Shown here in pieces: positions 46,747-58,521 of a stretch of DNA of 64,000 nt. Source of the DNA: Tetramitus jugosus (taxonomy: Eukaryota; Protista; Heterolobosea); the NCBI GenBank assembly GCA_937625935.1, contig OW569351.1, positions 1-64,000 on the forward strand, written 5' to 3'. Both the position numbers and the translations under genes were made by a program. The notes beneath the pieces were generated by a model that did not search any database, was not told the DNA's origin, and worked only from the letters and a program-made list of their open reading frames with translations. Numbering within the stretch: position 1 is the stretch's first letter; every line of letters begins with the position of its first letter.

Positions 46747-49700
46747 CTAGGTATGACGAAGGTCAAATTCACGAGCAGCCATTGCTCTCATCGTTTCCAC
46801 GTCCAGATGCTCAGGTAGTTCTTGAACAAAGTGGTACAAGCGACGCGAACCTGGCAATGTTCGAACAGTGACCTTCCAAACAAAGTCCCACAGAACAGCA
46901 ATTGTACTCGAAAGGAATACTGTGAGCCAGAACGATCCTGTTCGTGCCATCATGAAGAATGCAAAATAGAAATCCTTTGCAACAGAGGGAATGGCATTGT
47001 ACACAGACAGGAAAGCAAACCACAATGGCATAGTCATTGCAATGAGGATGAATGACATAATGTGCCAAGTGTTGGTTTCAAAAATGACCTTGTATGTCAC
47101 AACAAGCAACACACTTGTTGACACAACCGTACTGAAATGGTGAAAATCAAGACTGTAGCCATCTTGGTCAATCGCACCACTTGTCACAAATATTCCATAC
47201 GGAATAAAGAAGCACACAGCAGCTTGGTAGAACGCATTAAGAATCCAGGTACAAATTAACCTCAAGTTCAGATAGTAATCGCGCTGTCCTTCCCTGTACA
47301 GCTCAGGAAATGCCAAGTTCTTCTTTTGGGATACCTCTTGATCAAAAAATGCATGTGATACCATCGGGAAGAGTGTAAACAGAAGATTGAATAGAATGAG
47401 AGAAGCATTCAGATGAACACTCTTTCCACCAAACAAACTAAAGAATGCAAAGTAGAACTGAATGGACTGATTGGCAATGTTCTTATAGGTGGTGTGCAGA
47501 ATAAACTTTGCCACACGCCTATAGTTGTTTCTGCCATGTATCAGAAGTAATCTCTCCAAAAATCTGAATTCACCAATCGCGAAATCTGCAGTTCTACTCG
47601 CTTGAAGACCCTCCTTTCCGCTGATTCCAACACCAACATGGGCCTCTTGAATCATTGGGATGTCGTTTGCACCGTCCCCGATGGCAAGTGTTCGATTGTT
47701 TGGAACAAACTTCTTTGCAAGGGCGACTACTTTCGATTTTTGACTGGGAGAGCTCCTAGCACAGACGATACTCTTGCAGTACATGCACAGCTTCATAAAC
47801 TTTGAGTAAACTTTGGATTTGTTTCGTATTGAGCCATCAAATAGTACATCCAGAGTTTGACCGTTCACGACAACGGCACGTTCTACGTCATGTAAGGTTC
47901 CGTTCTCTTCTGCTTCTTTAATTGCCTGTAGTTCCTTTTCAATGTTGTTATGCAAACGGGAGAATGCATCCCGAACATTATCTAGAGCACCATTGTCAGT
48001 TAGGGTAATGACTTGCATCTTATTATGCAAAAGGGCACATGAGTGAGCGATAGTGATTGCTGTCTCTTGCTTATCACCAGTCAGCATGAACACCTTAATG
48101 CCGGCTTTTCTTAGTTGCTCAATTGTATGAGCGACATTGTCTTGAAGTTCATCATCAATGGCTGTCACACCAACCAAATCAAGTCCTGATTCAATAATGG
48201 CGGCAGCTGCATCAACCTTGGCTTGTCTATCTTGTAGGGAGAGATTCGCAGGAGTGTAGTGCTCTGTATTCCATGTGTTATACTCTTCTTCGCTCAGTAC
48301 CTTGCGAGCACATATCAATGTTCTTAGACCCTCCGTGGCATAAACGTTTAGTGAATCTTGAATAGGTTTCTTGTCAATATCACTCACCAACAATTTAATC
48401 ATTATATCATCGGCACCCTTCGTTAAGAGAATGAGCTGATTTTTCTCTGGTTGAGATATTGTGTCAAATGAGGGATCATAGATTTGCTCCTTAACTCGCA
48501 CAATGACACTCATTCTCTTTCTGAATGAATTAAAGTGAAGAGTGTTGAGTAGATCATAGGTAATTGTATGGTGCTCTTTTGTCTCTTCGTTCAAATAGCG
48601 CAGTGTGAGACTGGTCTCTGTCCGAGCAATAAATTCGAATCCCATATGTTGAGCAAATGTAACCAATGTTAATTCATCAGGGGATGATGCTTGATAAATA
48701 AGTTCTTCGTCCTTGTATTCAGGCAACACTGTTTGACACAGGGCCAATAAGTGGAACATATTAAACAACTCCGTATTGTTTTTCTCTCGTTTCCACACCA
48801 GATTATCCACACGTCGATCACTAAAAGCGATAATACCAGCCTTGTCAGTTGCTTTTGCGTCGCTCCTACCATACATTGCACCGCTCGGTAGATAAAACTT
48901 CTTAAATGTCATCTTGTTTTTCGTCAATGTACCAGTTTTGTCTGAGAAGATCATTTTGATTTGACCGAGCTCTTCAGGCATATTGGATGTATTGGCATGA
49001 GCATAAACACCATCGGAATCTACCATTTCTTCGTCTTTATCAATAAAGAACCGAGATAGTCCCAATTTAATAAATTCGAGCGAAGCCAGTAAACCAATCG
49101 GCACAAAATTGTTAAACAACAGAAAGAAAACGACGATTCCTTGATAGAAACTCTCTAAACGAATTTGGCTTTCGTTGAAAAGGCCTCTCATATACCATAT
49201 ATTATCCACTGTTCGCAAATTATAAAGTGTCGAGATACCAGCACAAATGAGTGACAAAGCCAACTGTATCGTGAAAACGATAACAACCAACAAGTTCATC
49301 ATAAACTCAATTTTCGATCGCTTATGTGGAGTCACTGTATTGTTCATCAGTAATTTCGAGTGTTTTCCTGTGTAAATCACAAGAGCGTACACGTAGGCCG
49401 TATTCTTCAACTTTGTTCCTCTCATGATAATATTCTCGTATAAAATAGCATTTTGCGAAGGAGAGCCAGACACGGGATCAAACATTGTCAGCGTCCCCGT
49501 AAATGAATATAGATTTTTGTTAGGTTGGTCACATTCGATTGTGCCGGCAAACTGTTTGAGTGACTCCTCGGTTGTAAATAAATCCTGTGTCAATCCCATT
49601 GCGTTTCTTTGTTTCAAATTCGTCTCACCATCCAATTGACTCGTCTCGACATAGCACTTTCCCTCACCGTCACCATAATTGCTATGTAGTATGACCATAT

Positions 49701-50447
49701 CGGCAGGTATTAGCTCTTCACCCTTCACTTTCACAATATCACCCACTTGAATATTCTTCCAGGACACGTCTACGAATCCCGCTGTTTCTGCCTCTAGCAT
49801 AACCATTGTGCTCTTACTTGTCGTTAAATCAGATACGATTGCTGTGGACGACGTTGATGCTGAAATGGATGTCATTGATGTCGAGTGAGACACTGTCGAT
49901 GGTCCACTGCTGTCACTTCGAGCACGACTGCGTCGAGATGACTTTGTTGGTTGTTGATTCCTATGGAACACACTCGCCTTTTGGTTGTTCACCTTTTGAT
50001 CAGTCCATGCTCTCATAATGTCTTCTACGGCATCCTTGATCATTTGTACGAGAATCATGGGTGTCAACGACACTGCATAACCATACCTGCATGATGAAAG
50101 AGCGCGTGTGAGTGTCAAAAATTGAAAAATGTTTCACACAAACAATAATAAACAATAATAAACAATATCCTAGAAACATACCTTCCAGTGGGTGATAGAC
50201 CAGTGAATAATTGCAGGCAAGCAATCAATAAAAAGAGAATGTTGGCAAATCGAGTAAATTGTTCCAGTAAATTCTTTGGTATAAACGTCAAAACATTGTA
50301 CTTTGTTGTGCTGATATGGTTGGTGCAATATCTATCATTGACATAGTCATGACCACGGTTCACATGAATCACTCGTGGCGTATCAGGTACTTGATTCCAT
50401 GGTAGCTTATTCCATAGATCATCCACTATTTGATTGATTTGTACCAT
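46747..50447 (-). CDS. P4-type phospholipid-flipping ATPase; intron 50087-50181
   Basis: NHISTTKY, LDGETNLK, DKTGTLT, ASSPDE, MLTGD, GDGAND. Confidence 0.96.
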
Positions 50448-51171
50448 GTTTTTGTAATTGTTATTATTGTTGTTGTTGTTCTTGTTGCTATTGTTCTTGT
50501 TGTTGGATCAAAAATTGTTTGAGGTTGATGCAAATAATCAATAGATAATTTCTTATGAGTGAGATGATAAAGGCTTGTCTCAACTCTTTCTCTCTCAGAA
50601 AAGCTTATTGTTGTTATTGTGCACGTTGGGGATGATGAGAGGACTTTAGCTGTTTGTTCGGCTTCGATTTTTTTTGCACACTGACTGGAGAAACACGGTG
50701 TTGCAATGAGGACAATTATTTTTTTGGCCAATGGGAGGGAACCGTTTTAGCTTCGCGAAGCGCAGTGTTTTTTGCTTGTTGTGTGATAGATAAGATTTGA
50801 CACGTTCGATTGTGGTGTTCGTTGAATGGTGGTTGGTTTTCTTCAACAACTAGGTGGAAACCTCAAAAGATTCATTGTTGTTGGTTGGGTTCTCTTCTCA
50901 TTGGTGAGTTGGAGAGGCGAAAATATGATCCTGGAAGATTCTTTTCGTGTCACTTTTCTGTAGACTGCTTGCGCCGTAACAATTTGGGGAGATTCGCAAA
51001 TCTGCGCGAAATTCCATTCCGGAAGGGGGGATTTAGGAGATATCCAATCCGGGCAGAAATCGGAGCATTGGTTTATTGGTTCGATATGGAAATCTCATTT
51101 TACAACGATTGTATGCTGCAACTAGGTAGGCTTAGACATATTTAGTCGTAAACAAAGTTTCACTTCTGTGC

Positions 51172-51546
51172 TTACCGTTTCATTCTCTTGAGTAAAAAGT
51201 GATTCTTGTACAAGATTTCATCTTCTGCTTTATCTACCATTGGACCGCAGATTTCTGGCTGATAAGATCCATTCGTACCTATGGCGTGTTGAGGTGTTGG
51301 GGGAAAGTTCATTCGGTGATGAAAGTGTTCAATATCGTGCCGAATATTCTCCAGGATGTCATCTCTTGAAATGCTTTGATTGTGCTTCTGAAGCAGCATA
51401 AATTTGTACAGAGACGGATTTCTAGTTGACAAGTGGTGGTCCACATGAAGTTGGTCGAGTCGATCATCGTTCATGTCAACGGTTACATCATCTGTCGGCA
51501 GATTGCTCGTGTGAATAGGTTGGACAACGTAGTTTGTGGCGACCAT
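51172..51546 (-). CDS. Hypothetical protein
   Basis: ATG-initiated 124-aa ORF filling an intergenic gap; no recognised motif. Confidence 0.35.
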   Translation of the reverse strand: MVATNYVVQPIHTSNLPTDDVTVDMNDDRLDQLHVDHHLSTRNPSLYKFMLLQKHNQSISRDDILENIRHDIEHFHHRMNFPPTPQHAIGTNGSYQPEICGPMVDKAEDEILYKNHFLLKRMKR

Positions 51547-51777
51547 AGTACGAGTTGGTTATTGGGATTGGAGCTCTAGTTCTTGTTGTTCGAAGTGGAA
51601 TTGACTTGAATTCGCCGCGCAATATCTTCTGGGGTCCAAAGTATTTTCGGCACTAAAAAACCCTATTTTGGGGTACACGATCTCTATTCATATAATTATA
51701 TGTAATTATGGAAACACATCAATACTTAACGGATTGTAACGATGTTGTAAAAGAAACATCAAGTAAAATTCAGGAGG

Positions 51778-52587
51778 TCACTGCTTGACAAATAATTGTA
51801 GTTGGAGACCTGCATGTACTTCTCCGACGGACTTCAATGGAATGAGTAAGTGGGCTTCCTCGTATTTGTCCTTTGACGTTGTGACATTTGATTCATCACA
51901 ATATTCATCACTCATTATGGTACTATCATTATTGACGTTTCCATCTGTTATGTCTTGGTTGAGTTGGCTCTGCTTACTGATAATGAGCCAATCCAACTTA
52001 TTTGTCAGATCTAGTTCATTTGAATTGACAACATTTGTTTGAATTCGAAAGCTAAGCATTTTCTTTTCATTTTCGCTCAGTTTCGAATAGACATCCGTAT
52101 ACTGACCGCTCATGGAGTGAACTTTGACATAAAAATCTCTCAACACCCAATACAGTTGACCAAACAGCGTCGTAGAATCCTTTTGTAATTTCTTTGTGTT
52201 CATTCGAAGCATTTCCATCTCAAAAACAAACTGTTCCACAATTTTCTCCTTAACTACAGCAGTTTCACTTCCGCTCTCTGTTATTGATTCTGTGGTCACA
52301 ATTTTCAAAACAACAGATTGAACCAATTTTTGCCTCAGCCATGGTTTCATTGACAAAATGCAATTCCCAACATATTCTCTCATCTCTTTGGCTCTAAATG
52401 CATACGTAATTTGATTCGTACATGGTGTGATAACCTTTTCAAACAAATCTGAACTATACACTTTGCGTACATAGAGAATCGATTGAATAATGGTTTCCAA
52501 GAACTCACAAATGACCAACAGTCGATCATTCTCCCAATCTTGCTCCTGACTCAGAGATATATCTCTGTTTGTTGTGTTGGCAATCAT
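51778..52587 (-). CDS. MAD2L2: HORMA domain protein, REV7/MAD2L2-like
   Basis: ICEFLETIIQSILYVRKVY..DLF, VEQFVFE, LIPLKSV. Confidence 0.8.
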   Translation of the reverse strand: MIANTTNRDISLSQEQDWENDRLLVICEFLETIIQSILYVRKVYSSDLFEKVITPCTNQITYAFRAKEMREYVGNCILSMKPWLRQKLVQSVVLKIVTTESITESGSETAVVKEKIVEQFVFEMEMLRMNTKKLQKDSTTLFGQLYWVLRDFYVKVHSMSGQYTDVYSKLSENEKKMLSFRIQTNVVNSNELDLTNKLDWLIISKQSQLNQDITDGNVNNDSTIMSDEYCDESNVTTSKDKYEEAHLLIPLKSVGEVHAGLQLQLFVKQ

Positions 52588-52695
52588 TCGACACTCGTTG
52601 TTTCACTTCGAGCAAATTGTCGAAGTTTTACTTTTTGTTTTCGCGCCTCAAAAACTTGAAGGTTCAATCAATAACATTCAAAAAACAAACAACAA

Positions 52696-54960
52696 ATGTG
52701 GAAACAATCGCATGCAATCAAGAGTGCAATGTCCATGTTGCCATCAACATGGCACTCACCTAGTCTTCTCACGCGCTCACAATCCTCTCTTTTTCCTTGT
52801 TCCACTTTTTTTGGCGCCAAAAATTTTCACTCCAACGTCTACAGTCAGTCGTCTTTGCTGTTGGAAGACGAAGATGAAAGTTTTCTGAGTTCACAGCTCG
52901 ATCGAATCAAGAAGAGAAAAAAATCTCTTGATTTATCGTCGCCAAGCAATGCTCCACTCTACCATGGAGCGACCAAGACCAGCATCAAGAAGGAAAGCAC
53001 AATGAACAGACAAAAGAAACAAGCAAGGCACAATGTATCAAAAGCTAAAAGTGAAAGCTCAACAACAAGTCAAAGCAATTCTTCATTTGAGGAAAAGGAC
53101 GAGCACAGACAAGCAATCAAGCACTTTTATGATTTGAAGCTAACGGGACCATTGTGCAAGTCTGCTGTTCACGTATGCAGCTTCAAGGAACCTACTGAGA
53201 TTCAAAAACGTGTGATACCAGCTGCCATTGAAGGAAAGCATGTCATTGCAAGTGCAGAAACAGGCACGGGCAAAACTGCTGCCTATGTTCTTCCACTGTT
53301 GCAACACTTTTATCGTGTGAGCAATTATGAGAAGCGTAAGCAGTTGCCAATGCGTACGAATCCAATAGTTCTTATTCTGGCACCTACCAAGGAACTTTCA
53401 GAGCAAATTATGGATCAATTGAATAAGATGAGTCAAGTGTTGAGATCGGATGAGTATGATTGCACTGTGACGACCAGATTGATCATTGGTGGAGTGAGTA
53501 GAAATTCACAATTGGAAATGTTGAAACAAGGTTGTGACATTCTTGTGGGAACACCTGGTAGAATGGTCGAATTGGTCAAGTTGTTGAATGATACGCGCAG
53601 AGTTGATGGTGAAGTAAGTGCTGAAGATGAAGAGACATTGAATCGATTGCCACTGTTGTCACAGATTAGACATTTGGTATTGGATGAGTGTGACAAGATG
53701 TTGAGCATGGGATTTTTGCCTGACTTGAAGAAGCTTTTCGAATACTTACCAAAACCGGTGACAGATAAGATGAGACGAAGAGATATGATGAAAAAGTTGA
53801 AGGAGGATAGATCATCGTTATTGACAGCACCAAACGCTCTACCATACAAGGAAATGCAAGTTTTAATGTTTTCTGCTACGTTGACGAGAGGAATTGAAGA
53901 TTTAATGTATCGATTTGCGCCTGTTCATGAACTTATTAATCTGAACGAATCGATGCAGGTTGCTAACAACGTGAAGCACGTTCAATATCATGTCGGTGAT
54001 TTCAATGTGAAATATCCGTTATTGAGCTATTTATTGAAGAGAAAGGGTTCAATGAAGGGCCAACAAGTCCTTATATTTGTTCGAACAAAGCAGAAGGCTG
54101 AAAGACTTTCGGACAGACTCATCCAAGACAAATTTAATGCGGAGGCAGTGTTCAAATCCAAATCTGTTTCACAGAGAGCCAAAGCGATTGAAAGATTCAA
54201 AAATGGAGAACTCCAAATCCTGGTTAGTACAGATGTGTTAGCGAGAGGCATTGACGTGGAGCATTTACCATTTGTTGTCAATTATGATATTCCAGCGAGC
54301 CCTGAGGACTATGTTCATCGTGTCGGAAGAACCGGTAGAGCTGGTAATACCGGTCTAGCTGTGTCATTTGTCAGTCATTATCCACAGATTGTCAAGGTCG
54401 GAATGAAGACTGTTGAACTCAATGAGATCCACTTCATGAAGACTGTCGAAAAGTTTATTAGTGAACGAGTAGAACATCGAAAGATTCCTGGTCCATGGAC
54501 TGATGAAACTCTAAAGATTGGTCCAAATGGTCTTCCTATCGTGGATATGAGTGAAAATCATGCAAAACAAATGGTTATAGCATCAAAGAAGGCCAGTTTG
54601 AAGATTCTAGAACAAAAATTCGAAAAGGAGAAGAGACAATTGAACAAGAAGCAGCACGATTCGAAGAAGCCAGTTTCTAAGGTTGAACAAAACTTGTCTG
54701 AGACATATATTGCTCTCAAACAGCGTATCAAACAAATATCTGCCAGACCTGCATCATCTTTGGCTGATGCTGTTGAAGAAGATCGGCTGCCTATTCAGAA
54801 GATTCCTTCGTTGCGTAACTTCAAAGAAGGTAGATACGAAGATGTGGTGGCTTCTTTCGACAAGAGAAGAGCAGCCAAGGCTGGAATAGTCCCAGAGGGC
54901 AAGAAGAGCAGAAAGGCATCCAAAACAAAGCAGAGAAAACACGCAAGAGCATTCCTATAA
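52696..54960 (+). CDS. DEAD-box RNA helicase, probably mitochondrial
   Basis: Q motif, AETGTGKT, PTKEL, TPGR, DECD, SAT, ARGID, HRVGRTGRAG. Confidence 0.93.
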   Translation: MWKQSHAIKSAMSMLPSTWHSPSLLTRSQSSLFPCSTFFGAKNFHSNVYSQSSLLLEDEDESFLSSQLDRIKKRKKSLDLSSPSNAPLYHGATKTSIKKESTMNRQKKQARHNVSKAKSESSTTSQSNSSFEEKDEHRQAIKHFYDLKLTGPLCKSAVHVCSFKEPTEIQKRVIPAAIEGKHVIASAETGTGKTAAYVLPLLQHFYRVSNYEKRKQLPMRTNPIVLILAPTKELSEQIMDQLNKMSQVLRSDEYDCTVTTRLIIGGVSRNSQLEMLKQGCDILVGTPGRMVELVKLLNDTRRVDGEVSAEDEETLNRLPLLSQIRHLVLDECDKMLSMGFLPDLKKLFEYLPKPVTDKMRRRDMMKKLKEDRSSLLTAPNALPYKEMQVLMFSATLTRGIEDLMYRFAPVHELINLNESMQVANNVKHVQYHVGDFNVKYPLLSYLLKRKGSMKGQQVLIFVRTKQKAERLSDRLIQDKFNAEAVFKSKSVSQRAKAIERFKNGELQILVSTDVLARGIDVEHLPFVVNYDIPASPEDYVHRVGRTGRAGNTGLAVSFVSHYPQIVKVGMKTVELNEIHFMKTVEKFISERVEHRKIPGPWTDETLKIGPNGLPIVDMSENHAKQMVIASKKASLKILEQKFEKEKRQLNKKQHDSKKPVSKVEQNLSETYIALKQRIKQISARPASSLADAVEEDRLPIQKIPSLRNFKEGRYEDVVASFDKRRAAKAGIVPEGKKSRKASKTKQRKHARAFL

Positions 54961-54989
54961 AGGATCACTTTGTTATGTTACATGTTTGA

Positions 54990-56372
54990 TTATTCACTAT
55001 TCAATATCTTCCACTTTTCAGATTGTGGTACACTATGGAATAGCACTCTTCCATCGTAGGACACCGAGCCAAACACCCACTTGTTACTGCTGCTCCATGC
55101 TACTGAATACACGCTCTCTTCATGTTCATCGATGGAAGTTACGAGAGCATCAACCAGAGGTTGTTCCTCTTCGTACTTGGTCTCAATTTGTGTCTGTTGT
55201 TCCTCTGGAGATGTGGGGCTGCCGTTTGTGGCAGTATCTTCCTCCAGCTCGTTCAGTTCACGGTCCATCTTCTTGGCAATAGATTTGGATGAAATCGATG
55301 GAATAGACCAAAGATTCACAATCGAATCACTACCACTGCTCAAAACCAATTGGTCATACAATGGATTGAACGCAACTTGAGTGATCCAGTGAGAGTGACC
55401 ACACACTGTTCTCAATGGTCCGCTGCCAACCATTCTCATATCCCAAAACTTCATCTTACAATCATCACCACCACTGACCAAGTAATAAGATCGATAGGCA
55501 TTGTACTCTATACATCTGACCTGTTGTTCATGTGCATTGTCAATGACAGCTGCTTTTCCATTGCTTCTCAAATCCAATTCAATAATCTTGTTGGACGAGG
55601 TAACAGCCACCTTTTCAGAGTGATTTGGATCCCACCGACCCGTAAACAACATGTTGTTTCCAGACTTGACACTATAGACTTGATTTGGCTTTGTTAGCTT
55701 GGTCGTGCTAGTCGTAGCACTGTCATTGCTTGCTTGCGACAATAGTTTTTCAATGTTCCACTCTCTCACAGCTTCATTGTCAATCGTAAGAACACGATCG
55801 AGCATTCCATTGGGTTGCCAAAGCACATTTTTCAATGCTTTCTTGTTCTTGTTGGAGCTTACTTCTGCACTGTTGAGTGAGATGGTGGCAAGCTCAGTCA
55901 ACGACTCACTGTCCACTGAAGAAGAGGAAGCTCCCACATGGTTTGACTGTTGTAGAGGTGACCTTCTACTAGAGCTACTAGAGCTCTGTTGATCCAACTC
56001 TTCGTCTCCACTGTCCAAAGCTTCATCTTCTTCGTCTTCCTCGACGACAGAATCACCGTAGATGGATGGCGGCAATTTCCACAAAGAACTTTCAAAATCT
56101 TTTCCGTTGTGATAAATCGTAAAAAATAAATTGGGGCGCGAAGGACATGGCGCAATGTTCCAAATTTCATGGGGGTGACTGAACACGGAGATTCGTGGAA
56201 CATCTTGAAGCTCTTCCTTGTATTCAATCAAGTGGACTTCATTGTCACTGTGCAGACTCATTGTACCAACGAGAAAACGATCTCTTGTGGTGTCTCCTAG
56301 CACAGACGTCAAACATCTGGCCTTGTTTAATCTGTGACCATACACAACAGACTGAGATGGCTTTTGATTCAT
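54990..56372 (-). CDS. EIPR1: EIPR1/TSSC1 WD40 protein
   Basis: VYG...ARCL..FLVGT..NEVHLI, HPHEIW, EHEESVYSVAWS..WVFGSVSYDGR. Confidence 0.88.
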   Translation of the reverse strand: MNQKPSQSVVYGHRLNKARCLTSVLGDTTRDRFLVGTMSLHSDNEVHLIEYKEELQDVPRISVFSHPHEIWNIAPCPSRPNLFFTIYHNGKDFESSLWKLPPSIYGDSVVEEDEEDEALDSGDEELDQQSSSSSSRRSPLQQSNHVGASSSSVDSESLTELATISLNSAEVSSNKNKKALKNVLWQPNGMLDRVLTIDNEAVREWNIEKLLSQASNDSATTSTTKLTKPNQVYSVKSGNNMLFTGRWDPNHSEKVAVTSSNKIIELDLRSNGKAAVIDNAHEQQVRCIEYNAYRSYYLVSGGDDCKMKFWDMRMVGSGPLRTVCGHSHWITQVAFNPLYDQLVLSSGSDSIVNLWSIPSISSKSIAKKMDRELNELEEDTATNGSPTSPEEQQTQIETKYEEEQPLVDALVTSIDEHEESVYSVAWSSSNKWVFGSVSYDGRVLFHSVPQSEKWKILNSE

Positions 56373-56613
56373 TTTCTCTCTGCAGTTGATTGATTTTGTT
56401 TTGTCCTTTTTGATATTTGTCCGAAACTCCGGAGATGTTCAATGAACGACAGGAAAAAAAGCGAAAAAAGAATGGAAATGAAATGAATTTTCTGGAACAC
56501 CCATTGCGCTATTTAACTGCTGAGCTTGATTTTCACGAGACATGATCAGAACACAACAACAAGAACATAAAACAACCAATACAACAAGAAACAAAACTCA
56601 AAGAAAATAAAAC

Positions 56614-56841
56614 ATGGCCAGCTCAAACACCTCCTCAAGAAGAAACATGATCAAGAAGTGCTCTCTCAAGGAACCAAGCAATCTCTCGCCAAAGAACATT
56701 ATTGCAAAGGGGACAAGAACGCGAAGAAATATCAATTACAATGAAACTGCATTGTCAAGAGCAGCTCTATCTGGTGTGATGAGCAAGAAGAAGGGAAGAA
56801 CCAGCTCTAAAAATACTATGGAGAAGAGAACTTCTCATTGA
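56614..56841 (+). CDS. Small basic protein with CHZ-like motif
   Basis: 75 aa, K/R-rich, LSPKNIIAKGTRTRRNINY; TATTTAA element and A/C-rich leader upstream. Confidence 0.6.
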   Translation: MASSNTSSRRNMIKKCSLKEPSNLSPKNIIAKGTRTRRNINYNETALSRAALSGVMSKKKGRTSSKNTMEKRTSH

Positions 56842-57205
56842 AGCATTTGAGCACTCATTTTGTGCATGTAATAATAAACTAGGATCTACGATACACCTTT
56901 TAGCATGATTGATTCACTCTGCACTATGGATTCATCCAATATCTACACCAGGATCCAGATTCTTCCAGTAGCCATCACAATCTCCATGAGCATTCCTTGC
57001 AGCAGACCTCCACTACTTTGCCTTAACTGTTGCTCATGCGTCACTGTCACCTTCCACTCATGATACCCACGAACTCTTCGCGGGCTCGACGGCAAATAGG
57101 ATGATACATCGTGATGAATGTCTACGTTCATACAATGGTGGAACCACCTCTTCCCATTTCGAATAGAGAACTTAAGCACCATCTGGCTGAGTTAGTATTG
57201 AGATA

Positions 57206-58309
57206 GGAGACTACTCGAGAACCCTCAGTAATGTAGGCTTTCGCATTTTTGTTGCTCGAGCAAACAACCGAGAGTGAGCAGTGTCAGATGCGAGGCAATT
57301 GTGTAATTCATTCTGCCCTTTGCTGGGACGTGTGGTCAACCATCATTGAATTTTGTGGCACTCGAGAATGGCTTCAATTGAGCTACACGTGCCAAGGAAT
57401 CAATCAATTCAAATTCAATCGATTGCTCATGTCCAACAAGGTGAGAAAACTCAAAAGGGCATTGAACAAGAAAGAAATTAAACACTGGTTTCGATTGGGA
57501 AGAGGAACATTGTTCAATGTTCAATTTTACAATCGTAATGTAGTGGATAAGCATTTTCAATACTTGGAAGGCGTTCACACACTCGATATAAGTTATTGTT
57601 ATCAGATAACAGACAATGCATTTACCCATTTGGTTGGTATTCACACGTTGGATCTGAGTGATTGCAACCAAATTACTGACAAGGCATTTGCCCACTTGGC
57701 TGGCATCCACACACTCTATATTAATTATTGTGATCAAATTACTGACAAGGCATTCCCTCATTTGACTGGCATTCACACACTGAATATGGCTGGTTGTACG
57801 CAAATTACAGACGATGCAATCACTCATTTGAAAGCTATTCATACACTCGATATGAGTGGTTGCAAGAAAATCACAGATCAAGCTTTTCCCCACTTGACTG
57901 GCATACACACCCTCAACGTGAGTGATTGCAATCAAATCACAGATCAAGCCGTCTCTCATTTGGTTGGTATTCATACACTCGACATGAGCTATTGCGATCT
58001 AATTACGGAGAAGGCTTTTGTTTATCTGAAGGATATCCATACGCTCACTTGGTCTTTTCGCGAAGAAGACCCTGCTTTCATCGATAAGGTGGTTGACCAT
58101 TTCAAGGACAGTCCAGCAACTCTTATTCAGATAGTATGATCGTATTGAGAACTCTAAGCCCTGAAATGTTAGTTAATACATCTTAACTTTTATCTGAATT
58201 CTTGTGGTGTTTCCTTGCATTTTCAGGCTCAAAAGCTAATGAACAGCTTTTCGGTGCTTGCATGACCTGGGCAAAAGCCTACATTACTGAGGGTTCTCGA
58301 GTAGTCTCC
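57206..58309. mobile_element. Non-autonomous TIR element (36-bp perfect TIRs, TA TSD) carrying an F-box/LRR gene
   Basis: TA|GGAGACTACTCGAGAACCCTCAGTAATGTAGGCTTT (57206-57241) and its exact reverse complement 58274-58309|TA. Confidence 0.9.
57288..58139 (+). CDS. F-box-like/LRR protein (7 LRRs plus cap), paralog of 5588-6961
   Basis: SALCWDVWSTIIEFCGTREWLQLSYTC, GIHTL repeats, shared C-cap KVVDHFK. Confidence 0.88.
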   Translation: MRGNCVIHSALCWDVWSTIIEFCGTREWLQLSYTCQGINQFKFNRLLMSNKVRKLKRALNKKEIKHWFRLGRGTLFNVQFYNRNVVDKHFQYLEGVHTLDISYCYQITDNAFTHLVGIHTLDLSDCNQITDKAFAHLAGIHTLYINYCDQITDKAFPHLTGIHTLNMAGCTQITDDAITHLKAIHTLDMSGCKKITDQAFPHLTGIHTLNVSDCNQITDQAVSHLVGIHTLDMSYCDLITEKAFVYLKDIHTLTWSFREEDPAFIDKVVDHFKDSPATLIQIV

Positions 58310-58521
58310 TAGTCTTTGATGTCCAAGATACTTCTCACCCTCCCCACAAGTTTCAAAGTTCTTTGTTTGTTGAGATTAATTCTAAATGACACCCCACATG
58401 ACAGTCAGGGGCAGCAATTTCACAGGGATCCGTCAACGCGCACAAGCTCAATGCGCAGTTTCTCTGGCGCACAGCAGAAAGAACACACAAACTTCCCCCA
58501 CCTAAAAGAACCTAGCAAGAA

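Noticed and set aside
56943-57182. Minus-strand ORF next to the TIR cassette as an interrupted gene or transposase
   Set aside because: A short frame crosses the reconstructed empty site but has no recognisable motif.
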